Origin: Nemertoderma westbladi
Taxonomy: Eukaryota > Animalia > Xenacoelomorpha
NCBI GenBank assembly: GCA_032718475.1
Contig: JAUCBJ010000199.1
Coordinates: forward strand, 1 to 35,499
Reading direction: 5' to 3'
Length of the DNA: 35,499 nucleotides
The notes under the pieces were generated by a model. It saw only the letters and a list, made by a program, of their open reading frames with translations. It did no database searches and was not told the DNA's origin. The stretch's first letter is position 1. The number at the start of each line of letters is the position of its first letter. Positions 23,701 to 33,000 of the stretch are shown here, piece by piece. A program made the translations under genes and the position numbers.

Positions 23701-24216
23701 CAGTAGCCCTACTGCATGAATATTGAATACAGGAATAGTGAATAATGAATAGCTGTCCCCTCACAGAGTCTGGTGTTTTCAGTTATCGGTATACAATCCA
23801 CAATCTGACAGTTCTGCAGTTTTTATAGGTCACTAGGACGGGTAAATCTTTTCGACCTACGCGTAGGTCGATAAATAATAATTTAGGTAATAATGTATTA
23901 ATTCAATAACAAGGGAAATAATGATTTAAAATTGCCACCACGTGAAGATCAATATATTTACCCAGGCAAGTGTTTTAGGCATTACAGTTATTGAATTTAT
24001 GTATTGGGGTCGCATGTGACCCCAGGAACCTAAGAGGTTGTTAAGGGATGTTTCCCACCTAGATGGTGGGGGGGTAAAAAATTTATACGTTTTTTTGTTC
24101 ACCATAACCAGGGTTATGCACTTCATGAAAACCAACCCAATTTACCTGCACACAAGAAAGCTGTGCTGCTGCAAAGTCGGGTTGGGGTCACACATGACCC
24201 CAGGGACACAGAAGGG
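20799..24216 (-). mobile_element. Full-length piggyBac DNA transposon (3418 bp)
   Basis: TTAA TSDs at 20795-20798 and 24217-24220; perfect 15-bp TIR CCCTTCTGTGTCCCT; GGGGTC-N6-GACCCC subterminal palindromes at 20840, 24006 and 24184; intact transposase. Confidence 0.97.
21315..23180 (-). CDS. piggyBac transposase (PGBD4-like DDD transposase with C-terminal Cys-rich domain)
   Basis: Acidic N terminus; CVDEQL, YMPNKPARYG, TVDNFFTS, GTMRKNK, YNKYKGGVD, KRWP; C-terminal RCYKC...CSVC...CSEH...CIDC. First ATG at 23180 (ORF track start 23207 is TTG). Confidence 0.95.
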   Translation of the reverse strand: MENDSAAAGTSSTSGTENVEMVTGRREYPVRTRVQRIPFSFSTFSMTNEIDDSDSDAEGGGVGSSEEEADESDAPVAIDEDQEVNLSDTESDPDVDTADDDNVLGSSTLFYKSRHKGKNAEKGISWRKTPYNVSQKTPQRNVIHNTPGPTRYARCQCRDILSSFYIFFTITMINIILEMTNNEAHRNLGDNWKPIIFDEFMAYIGLLILGGVFRSSTEHVTQLWSADFGRPIFRATMSLKRFKQICRFVRFDDKTKRRRDLDKFAAIRNIWTKFVEQLPLACVPSENLCVDEQLVAFRGRCSFRQYMPNKPARYGLKNWVTTTGDKNYIHNIEPYTGKQGDNVEKNQGQRVVLESTKGLPGRNITVDNFFTSYSLSQELLKRNQTVVGTMRKNKPELPAEFVETKGRERFSSIFAHTEDCTIVSYCPKRGKVVTLLSTMHADASLSSRDDKKPDIILSYNKYKGGVDASDQSLSTYSVKRGTKRWPMVVFSNIIDIAAYNACVIYRDIFPEWNKTQLHRRRIYLTELGQELVSIWIRQRSTRPRCPFAIQIVDRVQGVQHKSTSNDQTKLISITECRKGKRGRCYKCDRSKDIKTFLCCSVCTNFVCSEHGFPICIDCTAQ

Positions 24217-25115
24217 TTAATAAGTTTGTGAAGAATTTTAAGTAAATAGTATATAAGTTAATATTGTTTCTATAGGGTGATGTTTGGTTTTAAACATATA
24301 TACTGTAAGATTATTATTTTTTACTAAAAAAATAGCTGATTACAACAGTCTCACATTTACTGTAGAAATTTCATATTTTTGAATAAATATAACAGTACTT
24401 ACTCAGTTTTAAGGCTTACATTTTAATTTTCACATTTTTTACTCAAAATAGATAGATAGACAGTTTGTTGTCAAAGAATAGTTGAGGAATGTCTCGCAAA
24501 GTTTATTCATGGAATTTTTCAGTGATCTAATTTCGCAATAAAAAAATGTCAAATTAATAGTGCTAAAACCCAGCATCACTCTGTAGAACCAATATATTAT
24601 AAAAAATGTAATATACTATATTAACACTGACTGCTATATCTAGCACATACTCACAACAAACAATACCCTACATCTAAACATTAATTATCATTCCATCTTA
24701 TATTCAAACGTAATTAACCTGTCAATATTGTACTGATAATGTATGTAGAACAAGTAGATTATTATTATTAGTTAGATGTATTTCGTATTAATTAATATGC
24801 ATTTTATGCTATCGAAATCATTAGAATAATTGGATCTCGTTGGTGACATATGCTATAGTATATAATTCAATAAACAATAATTTATAATTGATACTACCAC
24901 AAGCTATTTGTAAACATCTGCGACCAGTTATGATGAATAAATCGATATTGAATAATTATTACTTGGCATTCAACAGCTATAACTCGGATATTTATCGCCT
25001 TTTTCTCTCGAGGTTGGATGGGAGAGTGAGTGGTGAATTGTGAGGAGTTATAACAGTCCCGAGTTCGAATCCGGTTGAATATTTTGTTATCTGAAAAATT
25101 GCAAAATTAAATTTA

Positions 25116-25663
25116 TGTGACGGGATCCAAGAGAGATCCCGGTTTATCCGGTGTTAGTTCACGCGTCCCCGCCGTGTATAAAGAGTAAATGAGTTTGTGC
25201 TGTTCGTCGTATATAATATTTGGGTATACAGATATAGATATAGGTATAGATATGAGATAATATGATTGTTGTATACGGAAGGCGGGATACGGTAACTAAA
25301 GTCCCGGTCCTTCCCTAGCTAAACTATGTAACCTAAACTAGCACCAATATTGCACTGAGATAACTGAATTGATATGATTACTGCCAAGTGGCTATATTGC
25401 ACGGTTGGCCTTTTTACTCTACCTAATCGATGCCTTTCCCCCCTCTGATTGGTTGATACCCTTGTTGGCGCCCTTTGGAGTGTTCCCGTTCACTCCACCT
25501 GTTCTCTCTGGGTTAGGGGTTTGGCCCCTGACCCTCATTGTGTGCTTCTCCTTCCCATTCTCATTGGGATGGCACGAGTTTGTTAATTACCCAATCTCGT
25601 GGCTCCCAATATTGCTTATCGGCTTAACTTTATGGGGTGTTAGCGGGATTGAATAAGCTAACA
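25116..25663 (-). repeat. 3' LTR (548 bp)
   Basis: Minus strand TGTTAG...GTCACA; preceded by PPT; outer end coincides with loss of inverted-repeat homology at 25115; CCAATCAG and TAAAAAG inside. Confidence 0.85.
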
Positions 25664-25672
25664 CTCCCCCCC
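25664..25672 (-). other. Polypurine tract
   Basis: GGGGGGGAG immediately 5' of the LTR TG on the minus strand. Confidence 0.85.
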
Positions 25673-26373
25673 ATGCTATCTTCCCGGTAAGAAGATAGCA
25701 TCAACCAAAAAAGTGCGCTACAATCCCGCTGGATCCCGATCTAGTATCGGGTGTGGGGTGGAATTCTTTTCTCTCGGAGCCGGCTTTCCAGGCCGCTCCC
25801 TATGGGTATGATAACGCTACCCTGTGTGCTTGGCGTCTCATGTCGGGCCGATCGCGCTCACCTCTCACACAACTTTTGTTTCCCCAACACTTCCGCCCTA
25901 TCTCTTCTTCACTCTCATCCTAACTCTCTCATACACTCGGACCTCCTCGTCCCTCACTCAGCCTCTTATTCTCCCCCCCCCACACTAGAATTGCGTCCGC
26001 ACTCTCTCTGCACTTCGCTCTATTACTCCGTCCCTCAACCCCACCTTGACTACCTCATTCCTTCCGACGAATCTCCCCCCCCTTTTGTGCCGTCGCACTC
26101 AAGAAGTGTGAAATTGTCTGGTGTCTCGTCCATAGTGCCATAGTCAGTTATCCCCCAGTCCCAGTAGCTAATTGAGAAAGGTTGTATGACTATAGTACTT
26201 ACTCCGAACGTATATATTTGTAGATTACTAATTACTACGTACGTACATACAAATTGCACTTATATGATTATTTGCATTAATTAAATTTGTACTTAATAGT
26301 TCGTACGTCCCACGCGGCGCCTTCCAGGCGCACCACGTCCAAGTCTCAGTCTCTCTCCCTCGGCTCTGGGAAC

Positions 26374-28920
26374 CTATCTGTTCCTCTGGGGATACTTCCC
26401 CCTGGCGTCCTCTTCCCTGGGTCGTTTCTTGGTTACCACCGTTCCTCTGGGATCCGCTTTCTGCTTTCGGACCTTCGCCGCCACCTCCCTGCTGATCCCG
26501 GTCGTTGGCTCCTTGGGCGCTGGTGTTATTAGTGCCCGATATCGCTTCGCCGGTGGCCCCTCAGAGTGGCCCGGTCGTCTCCCTCTGGTGGCGTCCCATA
26601 GGATAATTTTCATTGCTTGCAGTACGTGCTCCGCCAAGAAATCCCTAAACTCCCTTCGGTTCTGTGGCGTCCACCTGTCCAAATATCTTTGCGTGTTCAT
26701 CACTCCGGCGTACGACGCCGCCATTGCTACCTCTTGGTAGGTAAACGGTAGCCTCCGCTTTATGATTTCCATGTGTGTCTCCTGATTGATAAGGAAGAAA
26801 CCCCACTTGAACTCCTGGGCCTTCATGCGCTGGCGCGTCATGGCCCCGACGTCGGCCCACTCCTCGAATCTTGTGAACTTCTCCTCGTCGTTCATCCAGT
26901 CGCACTCGCATCCGTAGTGTCCCCGAAAGTGGCACTTTGGACAACGGTTATGCAACCGTGGACACGCCCCCATCCTGTGGCTTGGCTCTCGGCAGTAGAG
27001 ACAAAAGGTTCCCTTCTGGAACCGGTACAAGCAGCTCCTTTCCTGGTGGGTCTGTCTCCCACAGTAGTCGCAGCCGAGTACCAATGTCTCCCGTCCCACC
27101 TCGTCTTTCGTCCCAAGCGATCTCCACGGTCTGTGGAGTCGCTGGTAGGCGAACTTCTCCACGTTGGTGTCTCTATTTACGTCGATCTCTCCGCCCCTCT
27201 CGGGCATCGTCTCCCCGAATACTATCCGTGGTGCCGTCCCCGGTTGCTTGCCCAACCTGATAGTGCTCCCCGCGAAATCCATCGCCGGCTCCTCGTGCAC
27301 CCAGGTCCGCTTGCCGGATCTGTTCCAGAAGGCCCTCGCCCCACTGGCCGTCACCACCCTTCCGCCAACCCAGTCCGTGTCCGAGTGGCCTATCCTCTCG
27401 ATGGGCGGCATCTCTCCGAACTCATCGTCGTCGTCCTCCTCCTCTGGCAGTGACTCCAACCCTGGTATCCCAATGGATCCACTATGTCCCTTCCCGCCTT
27501 GGCTCTCGCCCGTAGCTCTCCATCCCTCTAGCTCCCTTAACTTCCTTGGCGGTTGGTCGCACTCGGCGCCCGCTGGTATGGGCATCGTTTGCAACCCCGA
27601 CGTCGACTGTTTCGGCGATCCCACCGTCCATCCCAATTCTCGCCCTAGAGACTCCCCCGAACTCCCTGATGAAGTCCAATGAAGTTCGTCTAAGCCTGCC
27701 TGTTCCTCGAAGCCGTAACTCTGCGTCCTGGCCTCCTCTTCCCTCTCCTCTGCTTCTATCCTCTCCCGTCTAGCGACTTCTTCCAGTCGCTTTGGTTCTC
27801 GTCTATCCGTCTCTAGCTGCTCCCATCTCTGATACGGTGTATCTGTCTCCCCGTCTACCAGATGCCGGCTGTCGTAGTACACCGACTCGCCCTTCAGCCC
27901 CGGGTGGTCTACCAGACCGTCAAAGGCCGTCTTAAAGGCTCTCCTGTAGCTTAGGGGTGATCCCGATAACAGAAATGCCCCTGGTTCCCTCTCGATAACC
28001 ATGGTCATGAATAAGTTAAGCAAACTTATCATCATCCAGTCCTCCTGCAGGATATATCGCTTCTGATATACCTTTATCGCTCCCCTGCGGAATTGATATA
28101 CCTCCTGCTTTCCCGGTCTCGCTCCCCACTTTAGCGAGTTCGCTAGTTCTGCTCCGTATTCTTCCCTAAACTTCCCCCAATCCATCGGTTTGTGGCATAT
28201 GAGCCCCAATAGCTGGCCCATTGCCACCGCCCCGCATTGGCCTGTGTTTTCGACTACCCCCAACCCATCCGGTGCCGTCATAGCCATAAAGACCTTCTGC
28301 ATATCCAGGAGGTTGGTGGCGTCCGGACCGATGATTCTCTCCGCATCCTCGCGAATCGCCGATCCCACTTTCGTCGTCGACTTCTCTCTTACCAAGACTT
28401 GTACCGCTTTCGGTAACCGGTTTAATTTCGGCCCGTCCTTCTTCCCATACGTTCCTAGATCGAATAAGAAGATGTCCCCATTTGGCGCGGCCAAATGTAG
28501 GAGTATGGTCCTCGCCGACCCCGCCGTTCCTCGTCTCGAACCCGCCTCGTCTTCCACGGTTCCCTCGTCGTCTAGGATCATATATCCTCCTCTGTTGACG
28601 GACTCTATGAATCTCTTCCAGTCCTTCCTCGGTGATTCCCTCGGGTACTTCGGAATCCCGAACTTCGCCTCGTCCCCTTTTACCACGTAGTGGAAGTGTT
28701 GGAAGATCGCGTTGTCCAGCGACGGCGTCCCGTAGGTCCCGACCAGCCGCTGTTCGTGCATCTCCCGGAAGTGATCCTGCAGCGCTCGTGCCGCGTGACC
28801 CCTTTCCAACCTCTCGTAGTATCCTCTCATCTTCTCTTCCGGATGCCTCTCGGTGAAATCCACCAGTATCTCCTTTCCTCCTGACTCCGCCTTTCTCTTT
28901 CTGATCAACTTGCTCGCCAT
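26374..28920 (-). CDS. Accessory retrotransposon ORF: DEDDy (WRN/EXD/MUT-7-like) 3'-5' exonuclease plus three CCHC zinc knuckles
   Basis: Intact 848 aa. MILDDEG (Exo I), LLHLA..G.IFLFDL, LP.....V..KSTTKVGSAIRED (Exo II), NLLDMQ, QKRYILQED (Exo III). Then acidic linker and CDYCGRQTHQERSC, CLYCREPSHRMGAC, CPKCHFRGHYGCEC. Confidence 0.8.
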   Translation of the reverse strand: MASKLIRKRKAESGGKEILVDFTERHPEEKMRGYYERLERGHAARALQDHFREMHEQRLVGTYGTPSLDNAIFQHFHYVVKGDEAKFGIPKYPRESPRKDWKRFIESVNRGGYMILDDEGTVEDEAGSRRGTAGSARTILLHLAAPNGDIFLFDLGTYGKKDGPKLNRLPKAVQVLVREKSTTKVGSAIREDAERIIGPDATNLLDMQKVFMAMTAPDGLGVVENTGQCGAVAMGQLLGLICHKPMDWGKFREEYGAELANSLKWGARPGKQEVYQFRRGAIKVYQKRYILQEDWMMISLLNLFMTMVIEREPGAFLLSGSPLSYRRAFKTAFDGLVDHPGLKGESVYYDSRHLVDGETDTPYQRWEQLETDRREPKRLEEVARRERIEAEEREEEARTQSYGFEEQAGLDELHWTSSGSSGESLGRELGWTVGSPKQSTSGLQTMPIPAGAECDQPPRKLRELEGWRATGESQGGKGHSGSIGIPGLESLPEEEDDDDEFGEMPPIERIGHSDTDWVGGRVVTASGARAFWNRSGKRTWVHEEPAMDFAGSTIRLGKQPGTAPRIVFGETMPERGGEIDVNRDTNVEKFAYQRLHRPWRSLGTKDEVGRETLVLGCDYCGRQTHQERSCLYRFQKGTFCLYCREPSHRMGACPRLHNRCPKCHFRGHYGCECDWMNDEEKFTRFEEWADVGAMTRQRMKAQEFKWGFFLINQETHMEIIKRRLPFTYQEVAMAASYAGVMNTQRYLDRWTPQNRREFRDFLAEHVLQAMKIILWDATRGRRPGHSEGPPAKRYRALITPAPKEPTTGISREVAAKVRKQKADPRGTVVTKKRPREEDARGKYPQRNR

Positions 28921-29399
28921 TCCGAACGTTCACTCGCTCACCTGCAAGGTGGTGCCTTACCAAGGCGCAATACAGATGAGTGATGTATCTAGGATGTTCT
29001 GTACGGTTCGATAATGGCCTATTTCTTACTTAACTGCGCCTTTTAACCTAAATTATTACTAATTAATTTTGAAGCTAGTAAATGAGCGTAATTTACGATT
29101 TCTGTCCCTTACTTTTATTATGTTCTAGAATAACTTTCCTTGTGTTGCCATTATTTGTAACTTTCAGCCCTATTCTATTTATTTATCTATTTAATTTTGA
29201 TTCTACTGTCCTACTACTTACTACTGCCTATGGATTATTCTATTCTCTAATCCACATTCTGGCCTACTCTGTGGGTCTATGCAGTACAGCAGTATGCGTC
29301 GTGTGGCCACACGATTTACCCAGCTGTACTCATATGCCCCCCTCTCGCTACTAACTGCTAACTAATATCTATATCTTATATACCCCTTTTACCTCTTAC

Positions 29400-29925
29400 T
29401 CTCTCTCTTCTAACTAACGGTACTACGTACCCTCTAACTCTTCTCTAACTAACTAACGGTACTACGTACCCTCTAACTCTCCTCTAACTAATGGTACTAC
29501 GTACCCTCTAACTCTCTGACTAACTATCGGTACTACGTACCCTCTAACTCTCTAACTAACTAGCGGTACTTACGTACCCTCTAACTCTCTAACTAACTAG
29601 CGGTACTTACGTACCCTCTAACTCTCTAACTAACTATCGGTACTACATACCCTCTAACTCTCTAACTAACTATCAGTACTTGCGTACCCTCTAACTCTCT
29701 AACTAACTATCGGTACTACGTACCTTCTAACTCTAACTAACTATCGGTACTTACGTACCCTCTAACTCTCTAACTAACTATCGGTACTACATACCTTCTA
29801 ACTCTCTAACTAACTATCGGTACTTACGTACCCTCTAACTCTCTAACTAACTATCGGTACTACGTACCTTCTAACTCTCTAACTAACTATCGGTACTACG
29901 TACCTTCTAACTCAAACTAACTATA
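29400..29925. repeat. About 36-37-bp minisatellite (14 units), each with a GGTAC-loop-GTACC hairpin
   Basis: Unit CTAACTCTCTAACTAACTATCGGTACTACGTACCCT between pol and the accessory ORF. Confidence 0.95.
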
Positions 29926-30072
29926 TTCTGCCTACTTACTGCGTACCTACTATGTACTTATTAATTTTATTTTTTTTATTTTCTATTTTTTGTGTGTGGG
30001 AAGGGCGTCTCGCCCTCAATCCCACCCCCCTCAGTCCAAATCTTGGACGACTAATACTAAAGACAAACTCCA

Positions 30073-33000
30073 CTAAGGTGCCCCTTCTAGCAGACAGCAT
30101 TTTCCCACAGCTCTCCTGTAGGTTTTTCTGTCCTTCGCACCTATCTTACCACCTATCCACACTTCTACCGATCGGACTCTTCCGTCCTCGTCGGAGTAAG
30201 TGCCTACAACTCTCGCCAACCGCCACTGGTTGTTGATGATAGTATCATCCGTAACGATTACGAGATCTCCCTCTCTTAACTCCCTATTTGGCTTCCTCCA
30301 TTTACTCCTTTTATGGAGTATGGGTAGGTATTCCTCGACCCACCTCCTCCAATACTCTGTGCTTATTGCTTTAGCGACTTTCCAACTTTGGCGGGAGTGT
30401 ATGTCATCTGGGTCTACACCCCGCATATCGATGGTCGCTGGCCTTTCCATTAGGAAATGGCTAGGCGTTAGCACGTCTAATGACTCAGGGTCATCATTCT
30501 CCGGATATAGCAGTCTGCTATTAATGATCCCCTCGCACTTCGCAAGTACTGTCCGTAAGACATCCTCAGTGACCATGTGGGTGTTCATTAGCTTCGTCAT
30601 TAGACGCTTTGAACTGCCCACCAGTCTCTCGACGCATCCTAGTGTATGTGGTGCATACGGCGTCCTTCTCTCCCACTTTACTTGTGGTCGTCTCATGGCT
30701 GCCCTGACTTCTTCTCCCTCCAAGATGTCCAAGGCCTCTGCCATCTCACTCTCTGCGCCCACAAAGTTGGTGCCGTTGTCGCTGTATATCACTGCGATCG
30801 TCCCACCTTTGCGGTCTCTAAACCTTTCTAAGGCATTAATGAATGCTGATGCGGTTGCATCTTGGGCGAGTTCTATCCCTACCGCCCGTGTGTTGTTGCA
30901 TACGAAGATAATGCCGTAGCGTTTCTCCGTGTGTCGCATCACTTTGATCTTTATCGGCCCGAACATGTCCACACCGCAATGCGTAAATGGCGGGTCGTGC
31001 TGTCTTACCCTACTCGCCGGTAGTGGCGCCATCTCCTGTACGGCTCGCTCCTTCTTCGCTCGTCGGCAGGTCTGGCACTGCCCCACTACCGCTTTTACCT
31101 TCTTCCTCAATTGTTTGACCCAATAGGTCCTCCTTATCTCTGTGAGGGTTCGGTTGGTGCCCCCATGTAATATCGATTTGTGGGAGTCCCAGATAATCTG
31201 GTGGACTATTGGCGATCCTGTGGGAATGATGATGGGTTTCGGTGGTACGACTATGCTGTTGTTGTATCCCACCCTAGAATTCATTACTAGAATCCCGTCG
31301 TCATTGAGTTGTGGCGACAGCGTAATCAGCTCGCTGTCCCGTCGGAGGTGCTGTTGGTTACCGACGCGTTCCACCTCGTCGCCATAGTTCTTCCGTTGTT
31401 CATAGCGGATCACTGCCTTGGCCGCTCCTTCCAGATCTATGGTTGTCCTGATCTTCTTGTCCTTGCCAACTCCCGCAAGGAAATTCCCGAAGGCTCTCCA
31501 GTACGCCACTAGTTTCTTGGTCTTATACCAACTAGAGCTGTATCTGAGGAGTTTATCCGTCGGGTTATCGCACAGTTCTTCTGGTTTAGGTTGCACGTCC
31601 CTTATCTCCCTCACCATCTGGGAGTATATCTCTTCTCCCTCTGAATCTCCCTCTTCTCCCTCTGATACTGCTTCTCCCGAGCCCGGGTCCACCTTTCTCA
31701 TCGGCGACCAGGCCTCCTTGTCGTTCAGAAACTGTGGCCCGTGTTGCCACAATACTTCCTTCTTCAAGAAAGTGTGGCGTACCACGCCCCTCGATAACAA
31801 GTCCGCTGGGTTCTCGTCCGTTGGGCAGTAGTGCCACCTTTCCAATTCTGTGGTCGCCCTTATTTCGTCCACCCTATTCGCGACGAATATATGGTATCTC
31901 GTCCTTTCGTTATGTAGCCAACCAAGCACTACCATGGAGTCCGTGCAGTAGTGTGTCTCTACTATGTTGGGAATAGTATCCACTAGGTAGGCTGTGGCTC
32001 TAACTCCTAGTCTCGCAGCTGTCAATTCTAACTTGGGAACTGATGCTGAATCTGGGGGCGTTGACTTTGCTTTGCTAAAGGCTAATCTGGGCTTATGTGC
32101 CCCCTCTCGTTGTACTAAGTAGAGTGCCGCTCCGTACGCTTCCAACGACGCGTCAGAGAACATGTGTAGGTCCAGATTCGTCATGTTCCCATCCGGGAAA
32201 TACACCCGTGGCATGTTGTATGTTCCCATCTCCTCCAAGTCTCCTGTCCACTTGCTCCACTGTTTCTTGATTTCCTCTGGTACCTCTACGTCCCACTCAT
32301 CCTTTAGTTTGTATACTCTCTTGAGTATCTGTTTCCCCGTGACTAATAATTGGGATGCTAGGCCTAGGGGATCGTATATCCTTGCTATATACGATACATA
32401 GCCCCTCTTCGTGTGGATGTCTGCGCCCTCCTGGCTCAGCTGATACTTCAGTTCGTCTGTCTCTCTATCCCACACGATTCCCAATGCCTTCTGTTGAAAT
32501 TCTGTTCTCTTAATCGCCATGTCCTGCCCTTTGGCTGTTGTGGGATTGTCATTGGTCGATTCTGGTCTCCTGTCCTCTATCGCCTTAATAAATTCTTCCG
32601 AACTGGATTGGAATTTGGTCAGGTTAAAGCCGGATCCTTTTAGGATGTCGCGAACCTCGCGCCCTGTGTCCAGTATCTCCTTAACCGTATTTCCAGACTC
32701 CATTCCGTCGTCTACGTAGAAGCCGCGTCGAATCATATCGACGGCCCTACTGCTGTATCTATCTTCCTTCCCCTTCACTGTGTCTCTCACTGCCATAGTC
32801 GTCGTAAATGAAGACGACTTGGCCCCCATGTTCTGTACTACCATCTTATATGCCGGTATTATCAACGGTTCTTCCTCGCCGTTATACCATAAGAAGCGTT
32901 GACTGTCGCTATCTTCTTCCGTTACACGGACTTGGTTGAACATGCCTTCTATGTCGCACGTGAAGGCGTGTTTCCCATTTCTGAATCTAAGTAACACCTC

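Larger units (their letters stand above)
20096..24375. repeat. Inner diverged inverted repeat: 20096-20310 versus 20726-20798 plus 24221-24375 (right arm split by piggyBac)
   Basis: Left arm AAACTTATTAACTGAAAAC is the reverse complement of the reconstructed empty site GTTTTCAG-TTAA-TAAGTTT. Confidence 0.85.
19071..25115. mobile_element. Long-TIR non-autonomous element, Polinton/Maverick-like; right TIR interrupted by LTR retrotransposon
   Basis: Starts AGTAGT exactly where MITE homology stops; 19568-20040 is a near-perfect inverted copy of 24645-25115 (I see 2 substitutions and a 2-bp indel). No Polinton genes present, so the family call rests on the terminus and TIR length. Confidence 0.6.

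Noticed and set aside
26374-28920. Envelope gene or second gag
   Set aside because: No obvious signal peptide, transmembrane segment or capsid motif; exonuclease motif order fits better.
29400-29925. CRISPR-like array (36-37-bp palindromic repeats)
   Set aside because: Units are head-to-tail with no unique spacers, no cas genes, and a eukaryotic retrotransposon context.
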